Shown here piece by piece: positions 57,201 through 64,000 of a stretch of DNA of 64,000 bases. The position numbers and the translations under genes are program-made. Source of the DNA: Fimbriosthenelais zetlandica (taxonomy: Eukaryota); the NCBI GenBank assembly GCA_977030845.1, contig OZ365117.1:3100001-3164000 (forward strand), written 5' to 3'. A model generated the notes under the pieces. That model was not told the DNA's origin. It saw nothing but the letters and a program-made list of their open reading frames with translations, and did not search any database. Numbering within the stretch: position 1 is the stretch's first letter; the number at the start of each line of letters is the position of its first letter.

Positions 57201-59970
57201 ACTTCTGTTGAAAACTGCTCACTGAATTCTGATCTAGTGTGAAGGGAGTCAATACGAACCTCATCTTTGGCTTCGTCAACAAGCTGCTCAGCAATTTCTG
57301 ACTGGATTTCCACCTTACTCTCAGGGACTTTCATTTCAGATTTCTGAATCAAACGTTGCTCAGTAAACTGAGTGGAGAAATCCCCAAAGGTCTCTACAGG
57401 GGCCTGGGATGTCAGGTGGAGTTCAGGCTCCTGGCCATAAGATATTTGAGTGACAGTCTTATTTGACACTGCACTGTCAGGAGCTTGTACCTCTGACTTT
57501 TCAATAGTAACCTGCTTTGATGTTTTCATCATTTCAAGTTTCTCTACAGGGGCCTGGGATGTCAGCTGGAGTTCAGGCTCCTGGCCATAAGATATTTGTG
57601 TGACAGTCTTATTGATCACTGCACTATCAGGAGCCTGTACCCCTGACTTTTCAATGGTAACCTGCTTTGATGTTTTCATCATTTCAAGTTTCTCAATCGG
57701 TATATGAGTAGCAGCCAGGGTTGAATCATCAAGGGTCTGAGATTTGGTGATTTTCATCTCCTGACCACTAGACAGCATGTTGGCTTGTAATTCCGACATG
57801 AGATCCTCTGACATCTGCTGGCTGAACTCTGACATCTGTTCTGTAGGCGCTCTGGTGACAGTGACAGTAGATGATGGTTCACTGCTGCTGGCAGGTAGAG
57901 TTTTTGTTACAGTAACAGACTCAGCTGTCCCCAGTTTCTCTCTAATCTGCATAGGTAGGCTCTCACGTAAACTGGTCTTTAAATCAACCTCAGCTTCGGC
58001 CACCAGCGCATTGAAATCTTCATCATCTACCCTGTTTGTTTGAGTGACAATGGTGCCACTTGATTCTAACAAATTGTTAATATCTAAATCCTCAAGATCC
58101 TCACTTGTGACAACCTCTTCTTTGACTACATGTGAAGGTGCCTTTGTCTCAACAGTCTGTGAGAAATACTTCTCAGCACTTGGTTTTGATGGTCTCATAT
58201 GGTCAGGGACTGCTATCTCAGTGACTGACTTCACAGTCTCACCCTCTGGTACTTCTCTCTCATCCTCAACCAACCTGTGTTCTACATCTTTACCTTTTTG
58301 GGTGATTGTTTCCTCCTTTGTCCTCTCAATGGGCCTTGTACGGGTGGTGACCTGAGACACAAACTTACCATCAGACATAACACTCGCCCTCACATGCTCT
58401 GGTAGCTCATCTATTGCTATATCTTTAACAGATTCTTTAGTTTCCCACATTTCATATTCCTGACTATACTCCACTTTAGCATGTCTCTTATGCTCTTCAA
58501 AATCACTGACTTTCACCACACGGGTATACTCCGTGATTTCCTCAAAGTGTTCGCTCAGTTCCTCTTGCTGATGAACCCAAACTGAATCATCTTTCACCTT
58601 CTTCTTAGCAACCTCAGCTACACCCTCTGAAACTTCAGCTGGTTCCTCATACGGTAAAGAATCTACCTCTCCCTCAGATGCAGTCAGCTCATCCTCAACG
58701 GCATTGTTCTCAACTAACTCTACCACCTCTTCCTTAAGTGTTTCCATCACCTCTTCTGTAGCTATCACTTCTTTCTCAACAGAAATCTCAGCCTCAACTA
58801 CCTTCTCTGTCTGTTCTAGAGTCTTTTCTACAATGACCTGGGTGTACTCCTCAACCTCTTTGAAATGTTCAATCAGTTCGTCCTGCTCATGCACCCACAT
58901 TTCATCATCGACCAGGACTTGTTGTTTGGGTGCATCCACAACATCCTCACTCATCTTTAGTAGTTCTGGAGTAGGGATAGAGTCCACATCACCAACAGAT
59001 GTTGGTGAAGGCGTCTCTTCTGAGAGTGCGGACTGCTCTTGAATGACCCTCTGATTCTGTTCTAACTGTTTCTCTACAACTACCTCTGTATATTCCTCAA
59101 CCTCTGAGTAATGTTCTATTAGCTCTTCTTGATGATGCACCCACACAGAGTCATCACTGACATGAGCTATGGGTGCATCAACGACATCCTCACTAATCTC
59201 TGTTAACTCGGGGCTGGGAATAGATTCTACATCACCCAGGGAAGTAGGAGTTGGGGTAAGTTCACTTAAGGCTTTTTTAAGTTGTTCTGCAGATTCTCTC
59301 TGTACGATCTCTCTATATTCCTCTACCTCTTTATAATGTTCAGTGAGCTCTTCATGGTGATGTATCCACACAGAGTCATCACTAGCTTCAGATGTGGGGG
59401 TGTCTAAAGTGAAGTCCTCAACGACTTCAATCATATCAGGGGTGGATATAGATGCAACCTCACCTTCGGACTTGTCGGACAGCTCCTCAGGTTCAATCAC
59501 AATCTCTTTCTTCAACCTTTTACCCATTTCGTCAGTGACGTTCATGTCGAACATCGGTAGAGCTTCAGCAAAATCAAGTTCAATCACGACCTGCTCCTGA
59601 ATCGGGGGATCTACATAAGCAAGCCCTGAAAAAGGAGTTGGTGATTTAACAGTGGTTACATCTTCAGGAAGGATTTCCTCCTCCTCGACCTCGTCGGGCC
59701 TGTCTGGAATTGGCGCATGAACCGGCTCATTGGCATCTGGAATAATGATGGGTTCATCAACAGGATAATCTTCAATAGGCTTCCTCATGGGGACTGGCAC
59801 CTGCACTGGGACGACAAGTTCTTCCTCTACTGGTTCCTCACCTTTAGTTTCAGTCTTGGCTACCTGCATGACGACCTCAGAGCGGCTGAGAGCTGCCCCA
59901 GCCTTCTTCACCTCGATCGTCTGCTTGGTAGTGTGGACGGTGGTGGCCAGTGTCTCCTCAGTGACCTCCT
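212..59970 (-). CDS. Giant titin/Sallimus(I-connectin)-like muscle protein gene, internal part (26 exons, about 13,218 codons in window; both ends outside window)
   Basis: All 26 exons listed below have AG/GT boundaries whose phases chain without a frameshift (sum 39,654 nt). Domain order: Ig - ~8,500 aa of acidic repeats - SH3 - Ig Ig - DFRxxL x2 - Ig - IQ - EVP repeats - Ig Ig - Ig x4 - PEVK/KSP - Ig. An SH3 after a long elastic region followed by Igs recalls Drosophila Sallimus and crustacean I-connectin. Exact orthology cannot be set without a search; a giant MLCK/stretchin-type gene is not excluded. Confidence 0.88.
1444..1610 (-). CDS. End of Ig domain (…QAGVYKCVVKNNAGEAVHEANVTVT), phase 2 to 1
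   Basis: Acceptor gtttattttcag|C AAT, donor ACT G|gtaagt. Confidence 0.92.
1946..2022 (-). CDS. 77-nt exon, middle of Ig (SLMETTKLELKTKFKGKPPPRVTWT), phase 0 to 2; not in ORF track
   Basis: Acceptor tgtaccatacag|, donor TG|gtaagt. Confidence 0.88.
2130..2380 (-). CDS. PEVK/KSP-rich linker plus start of Ig, phase 1 to 0
   Basis: Acceptor atcctatctgcag|CT, donor ATT|gtgagt; KEKTPEK, KKSPVK, KDKSPEK. Confidence 0.92.
2535..3366 (-). CDS. Exon completing three tandem Ig I-set domains, phase 0 to 1
   Basis: Acceptor aattccttcag|ACA, donor ATT G|gtaagg; three motifs of type GxPxPxVxW...G.Y...A.N..G. Confidence 0.94.
3656..4074 (-). CDS. P/E-rich linker, Ig domain and start of next Ig, phase 1 to 0
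   Basis: Acceptor gcttgtcactaccag|TT, donor ACG|gtaaag; APEFVIKPQPTKVNEGEPAALTCQVLGEPTPDVTWFF. Confidence 0.93.
4218..4238 (-). CDS. 21-nt symmetric microexon (EAKVERP), phase 1-1
   Basis: Acceptor actctcacaacag|AA, donor A|gtaagg; PEVK-like peptide. Confidence 0.65.
4806..4820 (-). CDS. Possible 15-nt symmetric microexon (GIEDE), phase 1-1
   Basis: Perfect donor A|gtaagt, weak acceptor atttgtttaaag|; acidic in-frame peptide. Not counted in the 26-exon model. Confidence 0.3.
4857..4970. repeat. Intronic tandem duplication, 2 x about 58 bp
   Basis: GTAACTTCTAACTTAATTCTATGAATGTGTCTTAACAAT occurs twice in tandem. Confidence 0.9.
5376..5390 (-). terminator. Candidate polyadenylation signals (AATAAA 5390-5385, ATTAAA 5381-5376) for the tail-anchor isoform
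   Basis: Two hexamers within 15 nt followed on the minus strand by a U/GU-rich tract (about 5350-5270). Such hexamers are common in AT-rich DNA, so support is weak. Confidence 0.35.
6307..6503 (-). CDS. Candidate alternative terminal exon encoding a C-terminal transmembrane tail anchor (GKVTEEGSIPPAKVP...LLLLLIIVILILIFLFILL-RLHHRQST*)
   Basis: Strong acceptor gctgtgtcttgttttcag|GT AAA in the phase (1) left by exon 7760; 19 consecutive hydrophobic residues (6334-6390), then a short basic tail and TAG; AATAAA/ATTAAA about 0.92 kb downstream. Confidence 0.6.
7760..8178 (-). CDS. Second half of one Ig plus a full Ig domain, phase 2 to 1
   Basis: Acceptor attacttacag|A ACG, donor CAA G|gtttgt; PLFTEPLKDTPVTLKSDVTLECRVAGKPEPETKWL...YMCQARNLAGEAISEAHLIL. 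Confidence 0.92.
8310..8429. repeat. Intronic minisatellite, 8 x 15 bp (CATTGGACACTAGAC)
   Basis: Eight consecutive copies with 0-3 substitutions. Confidence 0.95.
8449..8618 (-). CDS. First half of Ig domain (DAPTFVRYLESITVFVGQTITLTCQV...VTWLR), phase 0 to 2
   Basis: Acceptor ttgttggtacag|GTC, donor AT|gtaagt. Confidence 0.9.
9166..12519 (-). CDS. 3,354-nt PEVK-like (E/V/P/T) exon with ~50-aa repeats, phase 0-0
   Basis: NAGNAG acceptor ccattccag|CAG|CGT (start 12519 or 12516), donor CTG|gtaata; ORF 9145..12579. Confidence 0.92.
9960..11500 (-). repeat. Eleven ~150-bp / 50-aa units (EPTTVEEAAEMVLPVKQAEEISIDETILKVEPATVESVEEVTEIKPIV)
   Basis: AAEM landmarks at 11451, 11301, 11151, 10995, 10845, 10695, 10623, 10473, 10323, 10155 and 10005. 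Confidence 0.88.
13078..13205 (-). CDS. 128-nt exon encoding an IQ motif (THEDAAVKIQAAFRGMQARQKVKVLKEEQ), phase 1 to 0; not in ORF track
   Basis: Acceptor ctattaacacag|AA, donor CAG|gtaaga; matches IQxxxRGxxxR. Confidence 0.9.
13709..13991 (-). CDS. Ig I-set exon (283 nt, phase 0 to 1)
   Basis: Acceptor ctctgtatgtag|GGT, donor GAT G|gtgagt; AVTFEQAPEDVHVREGEPARFVCNVSG...VLWYF...EDAGIYTVKATNHLG. Confidence 0.93.
14047..14281. mobile_element. Non-autonomous DNA transposon (MITE), about 235 bp
   Basis: Perfect 17-bp inverted termini TAAAGCCCGACATCCAC (14047-14063) / GTGGATGTCGGGCTTTA (14265-14281); CpG-rich interior with an internal CATCCACCAG copy; T/A-rich junctions compatible with TA, TWA or TTAA target sites. 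Superfamily unresolved (PIF/Harbinger, Kolobok or Tc1/mariner-like). Confidence 0.8.
14707..15544 (-). CDS. Candidate alternative terminal (composite) exon: 16-nt microexon read through its donor into an acidic disordered tail ending ...RRVSRLPEVCSPP*
   Basis: ORF 14707..15501 is in frame with the microexon (42 nt offset, no stop); more than 270 stop-free codons in AT-rich intron context; D/E/S/P-rich composition. Confidence 0.6.
15529..15544 (-). CDS. 16-nt microexon (EETVE), phase 2 to 0; doubles as start of a read-through ORF
   Basis: Acceptor ttttgttttatccacag|G, donor GAG|gtaagg; supplies the phase 0 needed by exon 13991. Confidence 0.8.
15889..15969 (-). CDS. 81-nt microexon (VRQEPSVAPAKNSDFRGILKKRGLNRM) with second DFRxxL motif, phase 2-2
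   Basis: Acceptor cttattcatcag|G, perfect donor AT|gtaagt; open frame. Confidence 0.75.
16220..16288 (-). CDS. 69-nt microexon (KIPEKKNEPEQKDFRSILKSTSK) with DFRxxL motif, phase 2-2
   Basis: Acceptor ttgtacaatag|G, donor AA|gtgagt; open frame. Confidence 0.75.
16414..16462 (-). CDS. 49-nt microexon (RAVKETIEVKKTLKQTT), phase 1 to 2
   Basis: Acceptor gaactttttag|GT, perfect donor AC|gtaagt; required to connect phase 1 to the phase-2 microexons below. Confidence 0.75.
17564..17652. repeat. Imperfect intronic tandem duplication (TATATCTATCA.TACTAGA.AGCGA…TAGATAGTTCATA x2)
   Basis: Direct sequence comparison. Confidence 0.7.
17910..18043 (-). CDS. Candidate alternative terminal or poison exon (QAILKKFRNSSMESALADLYSLKMVYSRDSSLVDPNFNHPFVIV*)
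   Basis: Long U-rich tract then tatgcag|AA GCC in phase 1 (matches donor 19009); stop TAA at 17912-17910; AATAAA at 17857-17852; perfect GTAAGT at 17805-17800. Confidence 0.35.
19010..19205 (-). CDS. Second half of Ig domain (IYWTHNE...QDAGSYKVVANNEYGELNMSVSLIVN), phase 0 to 1
   Basis: Acceptor ctttcttcatcag|ATC, donor AAC C|gtaagt; in frame with ORF 18933..19145. Confidence 0.92.
19331..19455 (-). CDS. First half of Ig domain (APSIVSKPKAQTVTEGESVTFEAKINAYPTPM), phase 1 to 0; not in ORF track
   Basis: Acceptor gtttttcatcag|CT, donor ATG|gtaagt; 125 nt. Confidence 0.9.
19763..20077 (-). CDS. Ig I-set exon (315 nt, phase 1-1)
   Basis: Acceptor ttttccccag|AT TCT; donor GAG G|gtaaga; APEFTKPLKS...ARFECGLIGKPEPSIRWF...EDTGRYTVVAKNPAGTTTCSAELVV. 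Confidence 0.93.
20290..21879 (-). CDS. 1,590-nt exon (phase 1-1): acidic S/E/D region plus SH3 domain (about 20360-20530)
   Basis: Acceptor gtgcatgttacag|CT GAG; donor ACA A|gtaaga. LYFIAISTYDPESDEVMSLHEGEKVEVLDDSQDDWWLVKKSFNGKEGWVPGTYL has the ALYDY-like start, WW and GxVPxxY hallmarks of SH3. Confidence 0.93.
22112..22197 (-). CDS. 86-nt exon (SISQDTVDAGEATMTIQTTQDVQAGLTVQ), phase 2 to 1
   Basis: Acceptor gtgttaacttcag|, donor CAAG|gtacct; open frame with T/Q composition like the neighbouring exons. Confidence 0.78.
22591..22615 (-). CDS. 25-nt microexon (VEQAETVFS), phase 1 to 2
   Basis: Strong acceptor cttttatttcttttgcttctgcag| and donor CAG|gtaaat; with the next 86-nt exon it restores phase 1 (111 nt). 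Confidence 0.75.
23692..27999 (-). CDS. Giant exon D (4,308 nt, phase 1-1): 48-aa Q/M repeats then 46-aa T/K/E repeats
   Basis: Acceptor ctaccacttttcag|AG GTC; donor CAA G|gtacct; in frame with ORF 23672..27937. Confidence 0.92.
23750..26900 (-). repeat. About 22 units of 138 bp / 46 aa (KATVTKKTITKVSTQQAEMAPETTEETVTFTTAEAMPEEIAQTVSG)
   Basis: MAPE landmarks at 25050, 25188 and 25326 (138-bp spacing); the unit is visible throughout the ORF translation. Confidence 0.88.
27000..27790 (-). repeat. Six 144-bp / 48-aa units (T.AGVTMPAQ(V/I)QAMGQMQ…)
   Basis: Landmarks at 27033, 27177, 27321, 27465, 27609 and 27753. Confidence 0.85.
29168..36457 (-). CDS. Giant exon C (7,290 nt, phase 1-1): 46-aa repeats (EVSTAG/MPQP type)
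   Basis: Acceptor cctgttcttatag|CC TTG CAG (the CAG 8 nt downstream would be out of phase); donor GAA G|gtatat; ORF 29121..36506. Confidence 0.92.
29740..31300 (-). repeat. Eleven near-identical 138-bp / 46-aa units (AELKPETVSQEIVIQKDEGIEPSQVTMEISTAGIEMPQPTQIGIQQ); degenerate copies continue to about 33900
   Basis: The gttgagat landmark recurs every 138 bp from 29782 to 31162. Confidence 0.9.
34300..35720 (-). repeat. Ten near-identical 138-bp / 46-aa units (EEIPSEFTSEVVVSREDMTVQPKEITMHVSTAGVTMPKPVGVQEQI)
   Basis: The MHV landmark recurs every 138 bp from 35581 to 34339. Confidence 0.9.
36695..36814. repeat. Intronic tandem repeat, 3 x 40 bp (ACATAATAACCTGGTAACTTTTACATGATAGAAAACAATG)
   Basis: Three copies, one substitution in the third. 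Confidence 0.95.
37794..50237 (-). CDS. Giant exon B (12,444 nt, phase 1-1): acidic 45-aa repeat array plus T/E-rich duplicated block; no Ig
   Basis: Acceptor attcccatcccag|AA CCC; donor GAA G|gtactt; 4,148 uninterrupted codons (ORF 37708..50262). Confidence 0.93.
39330..40670 (-). repeat. Coding duplication with 735-bp (245-aa) offset, ABAB structure of DLGPH.TEEH…T/E-rich subunits
   Basis: Identical landmarks end at 40670/39935 and 40170/39435. Confidence 0.85.
42780..49100 (-). repeat. Coding tandem array of 135-bp / 45-aa units (…EQQEFVLELD..G.VPET.DEE.P.EEIPDTFEKAEKEMPSGALT…), roughly 47 units, with a 2,430-bp higher-order duplication
   Basis: Landmark LELK(T/S)S units end at 48405, 46920, 45840 and 44490 (offsets 11, 8 and 10 x 135 bp); near-identical blocks at 46712 vs 44282 and 47192 vs 44762 (offset 2,430 = 18 x 135). 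Confidence 0.9.
51460..51529 (-). other. 20-bp inverted repeat / RNA hairpin with 30-nt loop
   Basis: Arms 51460-51479 and 51510-51529 are reverse complements at 19/20; the one difference is a U-G wobble on the minus (sense) strand. Confidence 0.85.
51464..51714 (-). CDS. Candidate alternative terminal exon (EMRKPLFHVPSHK...RPKTTKRKARVC*)
   Basis: Very strong acceptor cttttcttgttttctgcttccctttcag|AA ATG in phase 1; 82 further codons to TGA. Confidence 0.35.
52028..52124 (-). CDS. Candidate alternative first coding exon (MKLNSKVPLVPGLLCFLSCGFPFQLRLAYYDN), phase-1 donor
   Basis: ATG at 52124, 32 codons, consensus donor AAT G|gtaagg in the phase accepted by exons 51714 and 50237; TATAAA at 52175-52170. 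Kozak context is poor (-3 T). Confidence 0.3.
53074..59970 (-). CDS. Giant exon A (6,897 nt, phase 1-1): E/V/S/T-rich disordered region ending in one Ig I-set domain
   Basis: Acceptor ttatgtttaacag|AG GAG GTC; donor GCA G|gtttgt; matches ORF 53000..59911. C-terminal PEVLLQVKSVSVKEGMDARFECRFSGEPYPSICWYY...GEYSCKATNAHGVAETSAILTI is a typical I-set domain. Confidence 0.93.
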
Positions 59971-60435
59971 CTGTTAAACATAAAACAGGGAGCCATCAGT
60001 TTAATTGTCAAATCATTAAATTATGAAAAAACCCAGAAAGCCTTTAGATTTATCCACATTGCATAACTACAGGGGCGCTGATAAGAAGGAAAATTCAAAA
60101 TAAAAAGTGAAAAATAAAAACAAAGGTTCAATACAAGACCATGTATGTTTCTCACTCATCCAACAAGTATATTCACTTTCCCATTCAACTTTCACTAATA
60201 TTCATTCGTCTATCACAACTCCAGATATAAACGGTCCATTTGAAAATAAAGAAAATTCTCAGCTTTGATATGCTAAGAAAATACAAGAAAATAATAAAGA
60301 GAACAAATTAAAATAATTGAAATGAACAGATTGAAATAAAAAACAGAAATGTTTTACAACTTGCTCATACTGAAAATATCACACATCTTTCATTCTTACA
60401 TCAAAATCACCTCTTCTGTCTCTGTAATAATTTAC

Positions 60436-60487
60436 CAGTAAATTCTGTGAATTTCTGATGGTGCTTGTAGTTTACAGTGATCTTTTT
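60436..60487 (-). CDS. Possible 52-nt exon upstream of giant exon A (KKITVNYKHHQKFTEFT), phase 0 to 1
   Basis: Acceptor gttttctcaaattattgacag|, donor ACT G|gtaaat; phase fits exon 59970; upstream partner exon not identified. Confidence 0.35.
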
Positions 60488-63400
60488 CTGTCAATAATTT
60501 GAGAAAACACGGAAGGGTTAAAAACTCACCACACGGGACCATGCATCAATATAAATGAGGAAACCTGCTAGGATAGAGTAAAAGGGAAGGTGGAATATTA
60601 ATAGGTTAAACAACTGGTTTATTCTATGTATTATACTCAAATGTATAAAAAATGTTAGTAAAGGTAAAACAGGTAGTATTACATACAAACTTGGTACAAC
60701 GCGGCGCACACTTGCAAGCGCATGTTGCCTGAACCACTCAGAAATACATCGAGCTTTCACTTCCAAAAGTAATTTTTACACTTCTTTATAATTCTACAAA
60801 TCTAGGTTTAGTCCTGAAATGATTTCTTCTTTTTGATGATCCTTCGTTTTCATGACCTTGGGTGACCTTCAGAAGGACCATTGAATGAAGTGCACGCTAT
60901 GCGGGAAGCTCTCATGATGATAGTCCAAGATGGGGACAAATAGATCCTGAATATTCATGACATGTCCATCAGCATGTGAATATTCTCTGTTTATCTGCAT
61001 GTAAGTGCAGATAAAAACAACGTGCAAAGTGCAATCATGCTAGTGAATACACTGGCTGACCCCATCATTGTCTGGACCTTACCAGACGCCAATTTCTGTC
61101 ACAATTTGACGAGTTAAACATACGCTCCTTACCTTAAATTAAGGAATTAGGACAGTTATGTTGCAGAGAGGGTTTCTTTGAGATGGTTTTGAGTACATAT
61201 ATCGTTACAGCTCCTAGATGGGGTGTACATTGTGTCAGTGTTTTCTTCTAGAGGTGGTTGCACCATGCAGCATAAACCATTAAAACGAACATCACCAAAA
61301 TCAGCTTGTTCAATAGTTGGCAGGTCAAACAGGGGGAGCGGAGGTGCACCTTCCTTTACAAAAAAGCATTGCAATCCAATGCAAATACAATGAGTGGCGT
61401 TTGTGTGAGAGTCATCACCAGAAAATAGAGGGCATATAGAGCATAGGTTATTAATAATGATCACTGTAAACTTATACTATACCCTTTGACTTGGTTGCGC
61501 TAGGCTGACTGCGTGTGACTAGATATTCTGCACAGGGAAATAGCTATACCAATGCAAAACCCAATGCATTATCAAATAAAGCACCAATGTCCCCCAGGTG
61601 GGAGACCGTAATTCTGAATTTTGTATTCCAAGAGTGTCAGAGGTGATTTGAATCTTTCTGGGCTTCCATTCCAGTCATGACACTTGACTGAGTGATTAAA
61701 GTTCAATCCATTTTTATTGCAGGTTGAAAAGCTTTCAGCTGTACATTTAATTGAAGTCACACAACCAGACGTTCATTTCACTCCCTTACGTTATTTTTAA
61801 TTTATAAAAAAAAACTGTACGGAGGATAGAGTGCCCTTCTCAAGTATTAAGACCTGCCAACTGTTTAACAGCAAGTATCGCACAGAGCCTGCCCAGAACT
61901 GCTGACACAATACACCACAGGAACAGTACAGTCTTCACACTACAGCCAACAGCAGAATATGAAGATGCATCGGGAGGATCTAAACATCTATATTATAGAC
62001 AACACAATACTATTGTGAATGTTAGGTGGAAGTAACTGGTATGGGGGTCTATTTTTACATTGTCTGTGGCGTGAGCAGTTCTGCGCAGTCTCTTTACAAT
62101 CAGTATTAACAAAAAAAAATACCACAGGCAACAACTAAATGTGGTTCATACCATCTACTACATTCCATGGTTCTAGATTTTAATAATTTGCAGAATAGCA
62201 AGAAACCAAGATCAACAGAAGTTTAACTACAAAGCACCAGTTTTTAAAGAAATCGTCAATTTCCATTTCATAACAAGCATTGTCATATTGAAGTCTTTAA
62301 GGAATAGCAGATATGTCACTATAGAATACAACAAGGTGAAAAAACATAATGAGAGTAGAAATTATCAAATATTACAGAGACTCGCGAAGGCGCATAAACA
62401 AAGATAAAGTGTACACAAAACAATCAAAAAGAGCAAAGTTGAAAAAGAAATCTGAAAAGAATACTAACAACGGCACATGTTCACAGAAGAAGAGCTGTCA
62501 AAAAATTGACTCAATTCTGAGTTGTGTGACTTCAGGCTACAGGACACTTGGTAAAATTATAAAGGGTACACCAACACTGGCACCAACATTGACTTCCTTC
62601 TGGCTAGATCACATTCTTGAAGGTAAGTTTCCAACTACCACTGATAACAAACTCAATTACTGCCATGGATATATCTACACATAAGACTGCATTTGCATCG
62701 GACTCGCGGTGGAAAATCTTTTGAAAAATATCTGACATATGATTAGTGAAATAGCAGGACTAGAGGGTCAGAAAAGAACTGCCATTTGAGAATCAAATAT
62801 CAGCAAAAACCCACAAAAAAACTTTTAAACAAAAATTGGCCATTCAAAGGTATCTGCTTTGCAAGTCTTGTAGTGGTGTTATACAAGCCCAGGTCTCCTG
62901 AGCTGAACTGACAGGGGCATGGCAATAATGGTAATTTTCACTCAAGTTGAAAATACCAGAATGTCATGCCAAATGTTGTGCCATGTATAAAACGGGAACT
63001 GATCAGTGCTGATGAGGAGTGATACTGCGAGCAATCGTGAAAACGAATGTCGGTGCGTAAACTTCATTGGAGTGCCTCAGAAAAAATCTTCATGAAAGCA
63101 GCTTTTGTCAAGCAAAGACAAGACGAAATAGACAGCTAGGGGATGAGGGGAGGTGTGAGAATCTGAAGACCAACAGAATTTGGCAAGGAGTAAAAGCGAA
63201 GACACCACACAAAGTGTAACAAGAACGTGTAGGGAGAGCACAGACAACAGCAACGACCAAGGTTGACGTTTCCACTACTGACATTAAAAATCACCGACAT
63301 TTTTATACATTTCCCCTCAGACAAAAGCTACAGCACATCCGATGAAGTTTTCTTAAAATTTGTCCATCCTGCAAAGCAGTAATGAAGTTTTTGTGATGAT

Positions 63401-64000
63401 ATAACTTTCCTTCAGCCCTGTACATAAGACATCATGGCCGACACTGTGGCGAAAAGTGTCTACACTGGAAATAGTAATGTTCAATCGATCCTGGTCAAGT
63501 TGCAAGGCTTGGGCACTTTTTATTAGTTTTTCGTCGCATTTTTTATATTTTTTTTGGTAGGAAAATATGATTCATGCTCATGAGCAATCAATGGGTCTTT
63601 AGAGCTTTCTTGAAAGCAACATATCACATAATTCTGGATCCTCTTGTGATTTGGTTGGTATGAGAAATTGGCATCACGCCTAACTGAGCAAACAAATCAT
63701 TGTATCTTCCTTTTTTGATGTCGGTAAATATGAGGACCTCACACGATTTTTTTTAGTTTTTTTGAAGGTATAAAAACTACAGTCGGGAGGGCCATCTTTG
63801 AGAAAGTTTTCCGTTATCCTCATTTTACCATTGTATAGAATAGACAGCCTTTGACCAGGTGATTGTAACATAGGGAATAGAAGGACCATAAAGTAGCTCC
63901 CCCTAGTGCAACCAACACGACTAGAGGGCATTGAGTGGGAGAGGGTATCCACCCAACATATCCGGGCAATTCCAACTCGCTGTAGTGAATATATATATTC

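Noticed and set aside
60518-60766. Hydrophobic minus-strand ORF ending at a GTGAGT donor (60529)
   Set aside because: TTG start, pyrimidine-tract composition, and joining to 60487 would need a 42-nt intron, implausibly short.
61083-61095. 13-nt candidate microexon (ag|AAATTGGCGTCTG|gtaagg)
   Set aside because: Only 36 nt from another donor, weak acceptor, no partner exon identified.
62590-62635. Plus-strand acceptor/donor pair (ctggctag|ATCACATTCTTGAAG|gtaagt); similar plus-strand AAG|GTAAGT near 12680
   Set aside because: Isolated sites with no chain of plus-strand exons; expected occasionally by chance in 64 kb.
63400-64000. Possible transposon-derived sequence and ORF 63680..63952
   Set aside because: No termini, TSD or recognisable protein motif within the window.
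1-64000. Obscurin/UNC-89, twitchin or nesprin identity
   Set aside because: No DH-PH after the SH3, no Fn3 or kinase domain in the window, no spectrin repeats or KASH PPPX end. A kinase could still lie downstream outside the window.

Overview
Eukaryotic (animal) genomic DNA with AT-rich GT-AG introns; the composition suggests an invertebrate, possibly a mollusc (inference only). Almost the whole window is the internal part of one giant minus-strand gene encoding a titin/Sallimus/I-connectin-like muscle protein. I assembled by hand 26 phase-compatible exons between 59970 and 212, totalling 39,654 nt or 13,218 codons, open at both ends. They comprise four giant phase-1/phase-1 exons (6.9, 12.4, 7.3 and 4.3 kb), three of them built of 45-48-aa acidic tandem repeats, an SH3 domain, 11 intracellular-type Ig I-set domains, a 3.35-kb EVP-rich repeat exon, and several microexons missing from the ORF track. 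The hidden exons encode two MLCK-type DFRxxL actin-binding motifs and an IQ motif. Three of the large repeat exons carry FFAT-like motifs. Several candidate alternative terminal exons lie in introns, one ending in a 19-residue transmembrane tail anchor. Together these suggest a splice-switchable giant elastic tether between myofilaments and membranes (hypothesis). The many long plus-strand ORFs are antisense shadows of the repeats. One MITE, a 20-bp sense-strand hairpin and small tandem repeats lie in introns.
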